A program made the translations under genes and the position numbers. Source: Eledone cirrhosa (Eukaryota). From it: a DNA stretch of 64,000 bases. The notes under the pieces were generated by a model. The model made no database searches. It saw nothing but the letters and a program-made list of their open reading frames with translations, and was not told where the DNA came from. The DNA is taken from contig OZ024742.1 of assembly GCA_964016885.1 (NCBI GenBank), positions 253,580,001-253,644,000 of the forward strand, written 5' to 3'. Below are positions 13,774-26,219 of the stretch, one piece after another; within the stretch, counting starts at the first letter, position 1, and each line of letters begins with the position of its first letter.

Positions 13774-14305
13774 AAGTATAGATATGTGTGTATGTGTGTT
13801 TGTGTATGTATGTGTGTGTCTGTGTGTTTTGTTTTGATGTTATCCGGCAATTGGCGAAATCAGGTATGAAAGTATGTGTGTGAGTGTGTGTGTGTGCGTG
13901 TTACTTATGCAAGCGACGACAGAAAAAGTGTGTGGGATACATACATTATTATATTTGTCTGTATTTTCGTTCTGCAACCATTATATTATGATATTTGTAT
14001 CCAAATGATTTTAGATGTATGTATTACCAGCTTTCCCGTCCCTCTGTTTCTCTTTCCCTGTCTCTCCCTCTCTCTCTTTAGATATGTGTGTGTGTAGTTT
14101 TCCTAATCTGTCTATTTCACTCACTGTCTCTCTAAGAGGGTTGCCTTTTGATGTATGTATAACCTGCTTGTGTGTTGACCGAATTTGAAGGAAGTTATCC
14201 TTTTGAAATAAACATACATACGACGCTCCGGAAAGTAAAAGAGTGTTGTCATATAGAGAGTGAAGAGAGAGAGAGAGAGTAAAGCCGTTAAATTATAGAG
14301 AGGGT

Positions 14306-14365
<60 letters not shown>

Positions 14366-14540
14366 GCTCAGCTTTATAATATTTGAGAGTGAAGAGCGCC
14401 AGAGAGAGTAAAGCAGTTAAATTATAGAGAGGGGGAATGATCTATTATAGAGAGAGGAAAGAGCGACGGAGAGAGTAAAGCTAAGAAACATACATAATAC
14501 ATACATACGATGCTCAGCTTTATAATATTATAGATATAGT
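12669..14540 (+). mobile_element. Non-autonomous Helitron-like element with reiterated 3' modules
   Basis: 5' TACTAGCTGGCC followed by a GC-rich hairpin; repeated 3' motif GACGCTCAGCTTTATAATATT(ATAGATATAG) at ~13640, ~14363 and ~14510; internal (CT)n/(GA)n/(CATA)n. Confidence 0.45.
13118..13637 (-). mobile_element. Short retroposon, probably an internally deleted RTE derivative, nested in the Helitron-like element
   Basis: 3' part encodes C2H2-like CSVCTRVFKSLAGLKSH; central part is shared with 47380-47490. Confidence 0.45.
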
Positions 14541-15074
14541 CTAACAAAGTTTTTTTGTTGCACATCTGCAACATCATCAGTGGTACGATTATCATGTTCC
14601 CACCTATTGTGTTGTATTGTAATGTTCACGCCATTTTAATTTAATTAATTTATTTATTTATTTTGTCTCCATCTTTGCGCATGTGTTTGCGTGTGTGTAT
14701 AATGTTTGGTGTGTGTGTTCGCGTGTGGGTGTATGTGTTTTGGCTTTTGTTTTTGTTTTTGTATTCTATCTTTGTTTACTAGTGTGTGTTTATAAGTGTT
14801 TGTTGTTATTGTACTTGTGTATATATTTCTTTCTTTCTTTATTTATTTATATTTCTCTTAAGTCAGTATTGTTTGTTTCGGTAAGGTTATTGTTGTTATT
14901 CCATTTGTTTTTTCTGTTTAACTTTGGTTTTCTAGGCTCTATTTCGCTTGCTTCTCTGCCTACTTGTTGGGTCATTTCTATGTTTAGATATTATTTTAAT
15001 TTCTATGTTGTCTATATTACTGTCATGTCTTTGTCTGGCATGTTCGTATAGTACAGAACCATTTTTTTGTCTAT

Positions 15075-15700
15075 TTAATTCCCCCAGTGTTGGTCTATTC
15101 TTTCTCCTATGCTTCGAGCTGTCTCACCTATGTATGTCGTTGTCATGTTTCTGCAAGTACCCTCTGTACATATTATGCTATAGACTACATTTCTAGTTTT
15201 ACAGTTTATCTGGAGGTTCACTTTACATATAACACATTTCTTATTAGTACAGTAGGTTTTCTTAAAGGGGTATGTTTTGCTGATCAGGAATTTCATGGTA
15301 GTTCCTAGCTTTTCTACCGCTTTAATCTTTAAGTGGGTCTTTCTTAGGGACTTTCTACATTGGTTAGCTAATTTCCCCATAGAGGTAGCATCCACGAACA
15401 TGACACTCTGGTATCTCCGGTTGTCGTACCATGAGGTGGCTTTCCCTATCTTATGTTTAGTCCTGTCTAAGCTATTCCATGATTTGCTCCTGTATAATGA
15501 GCAAATTCCTTTCATGTCCGTTTCTATGAGGGTCTTATACTTCTCCGTGGCTCCTTTGTATACTCCGATTCTGTCTCTTTGGTTGTAGCCAGAGAACTGC
15601 TTGCGGTTGATGAAGTGTTGGATGTGTCTTTCCATTTCAGTTGGGTCGCACACGTGGGGCACGTTCTCCATCACTCGTACCATGTTTGCGATCAGAATAT
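15075..15700 (-). pseudogene. Penelope-like element C-terminal fragment (end of RT, Cys-rich linker, GIY-YIG endonuclease)
   Basis: CTNKKCVIC..CKTRNVVYSIIC..YIGETARSIGERIDQH is a GIY-YIG motif; the ORF is 5'-truncated. Confidence 0.85.
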
Positions 15701-15803
15701 TAAACCAAAGAGATATGGTTTTAGGAAGCCGTAGCTATGCAAACACCGGGGTGGGTGGGTGGATAACGCCCTCTGGTGATGTCCAGCAGAAGCAAGGGGG
15801 ACA

Positions 15804-15847
15804 ACCGTCTATGCATTTCAGGCTTAACTGGCCTTCGTCAGGACGGT
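15804..15847 (-). ncRNA. Minimal type I hammerhead ribozyme, intact consensus
   Basis: ACCGTC-CTGACGA-AGGC(CAGTTAA)GCCT-GAAA-TGCA-TA-GACGGT; palindromic stem III ATGCAT. Confidence 0.88.
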
Positions 15848-16021
15848 CCCTCCCACCGCTTGCGACTGCTGGACTAGGAGACAGGCGAGAATATAAACTT
15901 TTCTCGTCTGTGTAAATGAGGTGATTAATCTCATTGGCATATGAAGCTGCATAAGTTGGCTCAACTTATAATAAAAAAGAAATAGTTTCGCTTCAAGCAT
16001 AGCTTTATACAATATGTTTGG

Positions 16022-16065
16022 ACCGTCCTGACGAAGTCCAGTTAAGCCTGAAATGCATAGACGGT
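16022..16065 (+). ncRNA. Minimal type I hammerhead ribozyme, copy 2
   Basis: ACCGTC-CTGACGA-AGTC(CAGTTAA)GCCT-GAAA-TGCA-TA-GACGGT; one stem II mismatch. Confidence 0.8.
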
Positions 16066-16262
16066 TGATACGAAATATTTATACATATTGTATAAAGCTA
16101 TGCTTGAAGCGAAATCCTATTTCTTTTTTATTATTTTATTATAAGTTGAGCCAACTTATGTAGCTTCATATGCAAATGAGATTAATCACCTCATTTACAC
16201 AGACGAGAAAAGTATATATTCTCGCCTGTCTCCTAGTCCAGCAGTCGCAAGGGGTGGGAGGG

Positions 16263-16306
16263 ACCGTCCTGACGAAGGCCAGTTAAGCCCGAAATGCATA
16301 GACAGT
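16263..16306 (+). ncRNA. Minimal type I hammerhead ribozyme, copy 3
   Basis: ACCGTC-CTGACGA-AGGC(CAGTTAA)GCCC-GAAA-TGCA-TA-GACAGT; one mismatch each in stems I and II. Confidence 0.75.
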
Positions 16307-16431
16307 TGTCCCCCTTGCTTCTGCTGCACATCACCAGAGGGCGTTAGCCTCCCGGTGTTTGCATAGCTACGGCTTCCTAAAACCGTATCTCTTTGGAGAT
16401 ACGAAATATTTATATATAAATATGTATATAC

Positions 16432-17760
16432 AAATTCCAAACATGGAAGCATGGCCTAGAATCAAAAGGTCTTAAAGTTAACTTGTCTAAGACTAAAGTT
16501 CTAGTTTGTAGAAAGGAAAATAGGACACAGGTGACCTCAGGGAAATGGCCATGCTCAGTGTATAGGAAAGGAGTAGGCAGAAATCAATTTTATGTCCCAA
16601 ATGCAAACTATGGGTACATAAAAGATGTAGTGGGATCACAGGTAAATTATCTAAGAACGTAGACTTTATATGTGGCCGATGCTCAGGTGCAATAAATAGC
16701 AAGCGTCCACAGGATGCTAGCTCCTTCTATTGTCCAGATGGTTCTATAGAAATAGTGGGCACTTTCCGTTACCTGGGTGACAAAATCAGCAGTGGTGGAG
16801 GGTGTTCTGAAAGTACAGTAGCCAAAGTCAGAACGGGATGGAAAAAGTTCAGAGAGCTTATACCGCTGTTGGTCACAAAAGGTTTCTCTCTAAAAATGAA
16901 AGGCAGATTGTATGATGCCTATATACAAACAGCAATGCTACATGGCAGTGAGACATGGGCATTACGTGCAGAAGACCTGCGCAGACTGGAAAGGAACGAA
17001 GCATGCATGTTCCGTTGTATGTGTAATAGTAATATACGTGAACGGCAAGGCATAAATGAACTAAGTGATAAATTAGGAATAAGAGGGATCAGATGCTATT
17101 TACTTGAGAGAAGACTACGTTAGTATGGCCACGTGATGCGCATGAGAGACGACAGCTGTATAGAAAAAGTGCAGGGCGATCAAAATTGATGGTAGTTACG
17201 GAGTAAGTAGACCCAGAAAAACCTGGGACGATCTGAAAAATTCCGACCTTACACACTTGCACCTCTCTAAAACAATGTCACTGGACCGAGATCTTTGGCG
17301 CTACGCAGTAATACAGAAGACCCGCCTTGCCTATGTACAAAGCGAAATCTACAGTCGGTAGGCACCTCTTAACCAAATATACACCCCAATCCACTACCCC
17401 TACCCTATCCTCCCACTCCCACCAACACCACCCTCTCTCTGTAAAGTTGGTACCACAACATCCAGTCCAAATCAATGAGATAATGAAATCGAGATCGTGT
17501 AGGTGTCACGACAAGAAAACACACAGTCCACGCTGTAATGTGGCCGTGTAGGTAACACTGTAAAATGTTCCCAGTTCCGCACTGTAAATGTGGTTGGTGT
17601 TGGAAGGGCATCCAGCTGTAGAAAACCTGCCAGATAGTCCTATATGAGCGAGACATGGTAATCTGACCAACCTTGCCTCAAGTGGGACAACTCCCGTTTA
17701 ACCCATGCTAGCATGGAAGATGGACGTTAAACGAAGATGATGATGATGATGATGATGATA
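16432..17760 (+). mobile_element. 5'-truncated copy of the PHD-bearing RTE family including 3' UTR and (GAT)n tail
   Basis: Colinear with 53280-54575 (reverse); FRYLGDKISSGGGCSES..; frameshifts and stops. Confidence 0.92.
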
Positions 17761-17814
17761 TACATATATATAAACATCTCTCTCTCTATCTCTCTATCAC
17801 CAATTGTTTAATGT

Positions 17815-18160
17815 CCACCATCATCATCATCATCATCATCATTGTTTAATGTCCATCTTCCACATTAGAATGGGTTGGACGGTTTTGTCCCACTTGAGGC
17901 GAGATTGGTTGGGAGACTATGTCTCACTCGTACTGAACTGTTTCTCGTAGGTTTCTACGGCTGAATATCCTTCCTAACACCAATCACATTGACAGTGTGG
18001 ATTGGTAGTCTTTTTACCTTGTCTTATGCACAACCACTTTACAGTGTGTACTGGGTGTTTTTTGTTGTCATCTACATGACCACTTTACAGTGGATGGAAA
18101 TTGGAGGTTGGAGTAGGTGGGGTGGTGTGTATATTGGGTTAAGAGGAGCCTAAAACGATT
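17815..18160 (-). mobile_element. RTE-tail SINE or 3' UTR remnant
   Basis: (CAT)n, TTTAATGTCCATCTTCCAC, CCTTCCTAACACCAATCAC; similar copies at 20130-20425, 26905-27175, 35230-35550, 37383-37645 and 42925-43205. Confidence 0.7.
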
Positions 18161-18919
18161 ATACACACGCACACACACATACATATATTTGTATATAATC
18201 GATTTAGTGCTACAATATATTCTTTAAGGTGGTTAGCATTATGAAGGGCATATAGACATAGACACCATGTCAAATATGGTGTATATGAGCAAGATGAGCT
18301 TTTTCCACCCCATCTAATCTAGGACCATGACAAGCCATTTCTCTCATACAATTATGGAATGCAGACATAAAATGATAAAGATAACTGTTCTGTAGAATAA
18401 ATGTCTATGTATGCAAAAGCATATATTTGAAGGTGTGGATTTTTATGTGTGATAACCTGACTCTTAGTTGTGTAAGCTCATACATCTGAGTCTATTTGTG
18501 TGTGCATATGTGTGTGTTCATTTGTATGTTCATATGTATGTGTGCTTGCATATATGTATATAATTTCTATCTCTGTTTTTCTGCCAATGATTTCCAATGC
18601 AATTTGCAGTTCTTTAAATCTAAAATTCCTCACTGCACTGCTTCTATCCTAATTCCAATAGTTTTACAGAATGTTACTCTCAGCAATGAGAATTAAACGA
18701 TACCATAACATAAGCAGAAATTATAAAAAATGGAAGATACTTATAATTGTTCTCTTAAAAATCCTCTCATTGCTCAAAACAGATAATAATAAACTTTGTT
18801 TGGTTTGGTTTGTATTAAAATTTTTATGACGCTCTTGATAGACTTTTTTTTTTGCTTGGTTGACTCCCATTACGCTTCTATAAGTTTGCAATTTTGAATA
18901 GCAGTTGGAGTGCAAGACG

Positions 18920-19011
<92 letters not shown>

Positions 19012-19228
19012 TTTGTTATCATTTACGTGTGTCAGTGCTGGTTTTAGAAGAAGAAATGAAACAAAAAGCAAAGCAAATGTTTGCTTGCATATCGGGGGTG
19101 TAATTTAGCTTTCTGTAATAGGTGGGAATCTGTCAATGAAGAAAGTTATATTACATTACGATTATGATCCAAAGTATTACTAAACTTTCTGTCTCTCTCT
19201 CTCTCACTCTCGCATATCATATATATAA

Positions 19229-19270
<42 letters not shown>

Positions 19271-19589
19271 ATCACTCCCTCTTCCTCCCCCTCCACCATT
19301 TCTGATAACAAAAGAAGCAGCCATGAAAGATGCAGTGTAGTGTGAAGATGATATGAGAGAATGTGAGCTCTCTGTTTAACATATATCACAGTTGGAAGTT
19401 TCTTATGCAGTGAAGCATGAAAAAAATATGGCTTTTATTTTATTTCGCTTTATTTTTGATGCTAATATCTAAAATTTATTTTCTAAATCTATAATTCAGT
19501 GAAGATACTTCATTTTATTATTATTAATATTATTACTATTACCATTATTATTATTGTTATTATTATTATTATTATTATCATCATCATCA

Positions 19590-19632
<43 letters not shown>

Positions 19633-21048
19633 TTTATTATATATTTTTGGGGAATTTCATTTTGTTTCTAGGTTTGTATGTCAGAGATATTCAGCAAATT
19701 CTTCCAAGCTGATCAATAATTGAAAGCAATATTATTTTTATACGGCTAAATAATAAAACTACTACTGATTGTTTATCGCCCATAATCAGATACGGTGTTG
19801 CCCTTGAAGATGGAGGTTAAGAAGCAAAATGATTCACAACAATCGATCTGAGATCAATTCATATCGATTCCTAAACAGCTGCAGTCTATTTTATATTATT
19901 AAGTTTGATAAACAAATAAAAGCAATATTAACAGCCACTTGTTTTTATTAGACTGATGATATCACAGTCACATGATCAAGCCTTCACACCATGTGACTAC
20001 TGTCCAATTTGTACATCTAGTAAAGACATATATATCTATCTACCATTGTGAGGCATAGCTCCACTGAAACAAGTTGTGTTGCATGTTGCATGTTGCTGTT
20101 GTTGTTATTCTTGTGAAGCCAGAGACTTCATCATCATCATCATCCTTATCATCATCATCGTTTAATGTCGATCTTCCACACTAACATGGGTAGGATGGTC
20201 TGACCCATTGGGAGAGAATCAGGTCAGAGGACCATGTTTCGCTCACCTGGGGCTGATTTTGGCTTGGTTTCTACAGCTGGATTCCTTTGATAATGCCAAC
20301 CACATTTACAGTATGCACTAGGTGCTTTTTGCTGTGTCATCTACACGACCACTTTACAGCGTGGACTGGGCACTTTTTGTCATGACGCCGACACGAACAC
20401 TTTACAGCATGGACTGGACACTTTTTCTAGATATTGGTACTAGGTGAACAATTTTGAAGAAGGGTAAAGTCGATAATATAGACCCCGAGTACATAACTGG
20501 CACTATATTTTCTCAGCCCTGGAAGGATGAAAGGCGACATAGATGAATGTGAATTTCTGTGTGTCCCCATAACTTTCTGACTTTAACAAAATATTGTTCT
20601 TAACCATTCAAGTCAATAAACTACAAAGTCAAATGTCATTGCAAGTGAAAGATAGATAGAGAGAGGGGGGAGAGAATAGACAATAGATTGGAAGAGAAAG
20701 AGAGTGGGAGGGGGAGAGTGGACAATAGATTGGAAGGGAAAGAGAGAGAGGAGAGAGTGGGAGAGGGAGTGGGAGAGAGAGTGGGAGAAAGAGATGGAGA
20801 GAGAGAGCGATAAGGAGAAAGAGAGAATGAGGGGGAGAGAGAAAAGGGTTGAATAGAAGGTTGAAAGAAATCTTTTGTTTTTCTTTGCAGTAGGTTTTAA
20901 TAGTGGTTCTTTCTCAAATTCATGAAATTCAACTGTTTTCTGTTGAAAGGCCTTTTATTCATTTTTTGTTTCAATAGCAGCCATATTGTTTGATTTTTCT
21001 TGTTTTCTGCAACTACTACTATTAGTAGTAGTCTGCAACTACTACTAT

Positions 21049-21104
<56 letters not shown>

Positions 21105-21134
21105 ATAATAATAATAACAACAAAAATAATAATA

Positions 21135-21570
21135 ATAATAATTGTTTCTACTTTTGGCACAAGGCCAGCAATTTGAACAGAAGTGGGAATTTGATTAAAT
21201 CACCCCCAGTGCTTACTGGTACTTTATTTTATCGACTCTGTAAAATGAAAGGCAAAGCAAACCTCAACGGAATTTAAACTCAGAATGTAAAGGGGTGTAA
21301 CTATATGCCACAAAGCAAGTTGTTCAAAGCCCTACGGATACTGCTAATAATAAAAATAATAATGGTTTCTGATTTAGGCATAAAGCCAACAATTTGGGGA
21401 CAGGGGAAAGTCAATTAAATCGACCCCAGTACATTACTTGTGCTTTATTTTATTGCCCCATAAGAATGAAAGGCAAAATTTACCTTAGCAGGATTCAAAT
21501 GCAGAGACGTAAGAGCCGTAACTATATGCCCCAAAGCATGTTGTCCAAAGTTCTACTGATACTGTCAATA
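21135..21570 (-). mobile_element. Two tandem family-B SINEs (~21135-21345 and ~21358-21570)
   Basis: Each starts on the plus strand with AAT(T/G)GTTTCT..GGCA(C/T)AA..CCA and contains TGAAAGGCAAA. Confidence 0.8.
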
Positions 21571-21581
21571 ATGATAATAAT

Positions 21582-22251
21582 AGGGTGAAACACCATATTG
21601 ACAAGGAGGAGGCTAGCCCACTCTGTAGGATCTGTGGAAAGAGGAAACTGTGGCTCACATCGTATCCAAGTGTAAACAGCTAGTCCAGACTCACTATAAA
21701 GGATGGAGGCACGGTATAATAAAAAAAGTGATTCACTGACATTTATGCAAACTAAATAATTTACCACATTCTGAGAAGTTGTAATAGCATAAGCCAGAGT
21801 TGGTGAGAGAAAATGATCGAATGAAGGTGATATGGGATTTCAAGATACAGACAGACAAAAAAAAGGACACAATAGGCCTGACCTGGTGGTTTTTGACAAG
21901 GAAAAAAAATTGTGCCTGGTTGTAAATGTAGCCTACACCTTTGACACAAGAGTGCAAGAAAAGGAGGAGAAAATTAACCGATACCAGGATTTAAAGTGGG
22001 AATTAAAAAGGATTTGGGACTGTCATGAGGTCAAGGTCATCCCGATTGTCATACGAGCACTAGGTTTGAAGAGTTTTCAAGGATGGTTAAAGAACATTAG
22101 TCCAACTCCCTTTTTGGGGACACTTCAAAAGGCATGCTTGCTGGGAACAGCAAGAACCCTCCGATATGTTCCGAATATCTGAGGTTGCAGGTAGCGGGTT
22201 GGTGTTCATTTGAACAAACTTTCCAGTTAAATAACATCAATGACAAACTCC
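21582..22251 (+). mobile_element. R4/Dong-like non-LTR retrotransposon 3' fragment 1 (zinc knuckle + restriction-like endonuclease)
   Basis: LCRICGKEETVAHIVSKC; HNRPDLVVFDK..KEEKINRYQDLKWEL; followed by a long (AAT)n. Confidence 0.8.
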
Positions 22252-22320
<69 letters not shown>

Positions 22321-22321
<1 letters not shown>

Positions 22322-22900
22322 TGAGGCTGTAACTGAAGGAGAAAAAGTAACAATTCTCTGGGACTTTCCTGTACATACTGACAGGACCATAAAAGCAAAT
22401 AAACCTGACATCATTGTAAAAGATCAACATAACAAGGTCTGTTTAGTGATAGATATGAGCATCCCATGTGATCACAATATCGCAGCAAAAGAATTTGACA
22501 AGCTACGAAAATATAAAGATCTGCTTATTGAAATTGAGAAAATGTGGCACCTCAAGGCCGTTACAATACCAGTGATTGTGGGAGGACTGGGAATGATCAA
22601 GAAAGGAACAGAACAATATTTGCAAATGATTCCTGGTTTAACCTCTTTGCACGAGGTGCAAAAAGTTGTTTTGACTGGTACTGCACACATATTGAGAAGA
22701 GCACTATCTCTGTAAGATTGATATCCCTCCTTGTATTTACATATGCATATGCACATGTGTATATATGTATACTGTTTTTTTTTTTTAATTATAATCAATG
22801 TGCTGTATTAACTGGCTTACCAATGCACACTGTGAATTTATTTGCCCTAGGTGTCAGGAAGACACTCGGCATATATCTCAGAAACAATAATGAAAGAAAA
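22321..22900 (+). mobile_element. R4/Dong-like 3' fragment 2
   Basis: ILWDFPVHTDRTIKANKPDIIV..IDMSIP..KEFDKLRKYKDL..IPVIVGGLG; (AAT)n on both sides. Confidence 0.85.
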
Positions 22901-22994
22901 TAAAAATAATTATAATAATAATAATAATAAGAAGAAGAAGAAGAAGAATTGTTTCTACTTTTGGCACAAGGCCAGCAATTACCCAGTGCAAATA

Positions 22995-23365
22995 ATCATC
23001 ATCATCATCATCATTTCATTTTATGTCCGCTTTTCCCTGCTTGCAAGGGTGGGACGGGAACTGATTCTGGCTTGATTTCTACAGCTGGATGCCCTTCCTA
23101 ACACCAACCTCATTTACAGTGAGTGCTGGGTGCTTTTATTTTTCTGTGGCGCCTACACGTCCACTTTACAGTGTGGGCTGGGGGCTTTTTTGCCATGGCA
23201 CCTCCACGACCACTTTGCAGTGGAATGATATGGACCCCAGTCCCTATCATCTCATTGCTACAGCTGAGTAAACTGGAGCAATGTGAAATAAAGTGTCTTA
23301 CTCAAGGAAACAACGCATCACCTGGTCTGAGAATTGAATTCACAACCTTTCAATTGCAAGGCCAA
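22995..23365 (-). mobile_element. CORE-SINE family A
   Basis: Reverse complement of the 4623-4978 type. Confidence 0.85.
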
Positions 23366-23496
23366 TAATAATTGTTTCTACTTTTGGCACAAGGCCAGCA
23401 ATTATCCCAGTACATTACTGGTACTTTATTTTATCGACCCCGTAAGGATGAAAGGCAAAGTAAACTTCGGCGGGAATTGACTAATAATAATAATAA

Positions 23497-24572
23497 TGAT
23501 GATCAAACTCGTTTTGAAACACGAAAGTATCAAAAGATCATACTCCATTACAAAAGATGCACAAAGATACAGTAATGGACTACAAATTTCAGAAGTTCCA
23601 TTTACTGCTGAAATGAAAAACACAGAAAAAGCAAAGCAGGTAAAAGTAACTGCAAAGAAAGAACTGCTACAGAAACTGGCTATGAAATGGCAAGAAAAGC
23701 CTCTGTATGGAAAATACCCAGAAAGAGCTAACAATCCTGATGTTGACAAAACTTTAACCCATCAGTGGTTGGCATCCTCTGGACTGAAATCGGAGACTGA
23801 AGGACTAATCAGCACAAGATCAGTGTCTTCCAACAACAAAAAATTACCAAGCCAAAATAATAAAAAATGGATGCAACCCATTATGCCGTGTATGTAAAAA
23901 ACAACCAGAGACCATTGATCATATAATTTCAATGTGCAGCCCTATAACTCCAACCGAATTCCTAAACAGGCATGACAGAGCTGCACAATACATACATTGG
24001 ATAATGTGTAAGCATTTTGACCTGCCCCATTAAAAGAATTGGTGGGAGCATCAACCACCTCCCATACTTGAAAAAGATCACATCTCAATCTTGTGGAACT
24101 TTAGTATCCAAACAGACCAAAAAATAGATGCAAATAGACCTGATATAATACTGAAGGACTAATTGATATGTCCGTTCCAATAGACAAGAATGTATCTATA
24201 AAAACATTTGAAAAATTGAGCAAGTATAAGGACCTGGAGATAGAAATTGGAAAAATATGGAAATTGAGAACTAAAACAATACCAGTGGTTGTAGGCGCTC
24301 TAGGAATGATACCTAAGGGGTCTAATGATTACTTATCGCAAATCCCAGGAAACCCGCATATAGGAGAAATACAAAAGATAGTACTAATGGGAACTGCCCA
24401 TATACTAAGGAAGATTCTGTCAATATAAATACATCACAAGTGTAAACACCTAGAGATGCATGTGTGTGTATGTATGTTCTTTCTTGAACATAGCGGACCT
24501 TGTTGTCTCTTGAGGTCACTGGTTGTGACTTGGTGATAACTCGTATGAACATAAAGCAAGATAAATGCAACT
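23497..24572 (+). mobile_element. R4/Dong-like 3' fragment 3
   Basis: WQEKPLYGKYP..THQWLASSGLKSETEGLI; CRVCKKQPETIDHIISMC..RHD; NRPDII; KTFEKLSKYKDL; (AAT)n on both sides. Confidence 0.85.
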
Positions 24573-24595
24573 GTAATAATAATAATAATAATAAT

Positions 24596-24740
24596 AATTG
24601 CTTCTACTTTAGACACAAGGCCAGCAATTTGAAGGGAAGAGGAAAGTCGATTAAATTGACTCCAGTGCATACTTTATTTTATTGACCCTGTAAGGATCAC
24701 AAGCAAACTAATTTTGGTGAGATTTAAACTCAGAATACAG
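24596..24740 (-). mobile_element. Family-B SINE, degenerate
   Basis: AATTGCTTCTACTTTAGACACAAGGCCAGC..TTTATTGACCCTGTAAGGAT; further fragments at 22948-22990 and 23369-23480. Confidence 0.75.
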
Positions 24741-25357
24741 TGACCTGGAAGAAACAGAGATCATTTAATTTCTGCCAATAGTAGAAGAATGCTCTTCTTA
24801 GTAAAGAATAAAACCACAACTTTCAAGAGTGCTAGCTCAATACCAGCAGAGCACACAAGAAATAAAGAAACTCTTAATGAATCATAAATTAGAAGCCCAA
24901 CGATCACAGTTGTATGAAGAAGGTTAAGAAATGACCAGTTTATGAAAGGTTAAAAAAAAACAGAAATAAAAAATAAAATGGAAAAAAAAATTGTCTCTAT
25001 AGACAGAGATGTTCAAAGTGCAACATCAGTCATTTTATAGAAAAACTACCAAACAAACGAAACACTGAAAATTGTAACAAACAAATACATTTGTTTTCAT
25101 GTTTTATAATGACTTATTCCTCTCTCATACTTTTTTCTTTTGTCTCAACACACTAACACACACATACACACATATATATCTATATATAGAGAGAGAAAAG
25201 TTACAGAATATGTGATGAGAGAGATTTGAGAATTTAATAACCATCCAGTTACAAAACTGAGGAATGAATAACTTACATGACTAATAATACGATTGATATG
25301 AATCTCAGTTGGTGTATGTTTTTCATTAGCAGCATGATACTCCCATGGAATAAATAT

Positions 25358-25412
<55 letters not shown>

Positions 25413-25699
25413 CATATATGAGCCAGACACAGTCACCCAACCCAACTTGCCTCTAAATGGGACAAACCTGTCTAACCCATGCTGGCATGGAAGATGGACA
25501 TTAAATGATGATGATGATGATGATGATGATAATATATATATATATATACATATCAACAAAGTCATCATCATTGTACAACGTCCATTTTCCACGCTAGCAT
25601 GGGTTACACATAAATATATATACTTACAGTAAATATTGATGCAATTCAATTCAAGCTCCCTATGTACTTTTTCCACATAGGAATGATGGAGTATATTTA

Positions 25700-26056
25700 G
25701 AATAAGAAAATGTGGAATAGTTGCAGCTGTTAAAGTACTTTATTAATAAAGCTGTAACCAGTGCCATGATCTCACCAAACAGCTTCATTACATAATAAGG
25801 TTACGTTCTTGAGGAAATCCAAACTATAACGACAAGAGAATGGACAAAGTTGATGTTTTTGAAGCCTTCGCCAATTCCCTTATCATTTTAGTTTGGATTG
25901 CCTTGAGAACGTAACCTTATTATGTAATAAACCTGTCTGATGAGATCATGGCACTAGTTATGCAGAATTGTGTGGCCACTGTTATCATTGAAATATGTAT
26001 CACAGCCTTACTAACAAAGGACTTTAACATCTGCAACTACTTCGCATTTTCTTATT
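25700..26056. repeat. Inverted repeat, probable Penelope-like relic, with a weak hammerhead-like motif at 25933-26005
   Basis: Arms ~25700-25830 and ~25888-26056; right arm reads CTGT-CTGATGA..GAAA-TATGTA-TC-ACAG with poor stem II. Confidence 0.55.
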
Positions 26057-26219
26057 CTTTCCCTCTCTCTCTATATATATGTCCTACCGATGCTAGCATG
26101 GAAAGATGATGATGATGATGATCATGATGATGATATATACATGTATAATATATATATTATATATACTATACATGTAAATAAATATATAGAGAAATATATA
26201 TATATATATATATATAACA

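Larger units (their letters stand above)
15705..16400. repeat. Inverted Penelope-type pseudo-LTR pair (~15705-16017 minus; ~16085-16400 plus) with a short extra copy between them
   Basis: ~300-bp near-perfect reverse-complement match directly upstream of the GIY-YIG ORF. Confidence 0.85.

Noticed and set aside
19953-20080. CTGATGA with a distant GAAAC (also CTGANGA at ~2535, 25257, 29887, 61769 and minus 44826)
   Set aside because: No compatible stem I/II pairing or no correctly placed GAAA; likely chance
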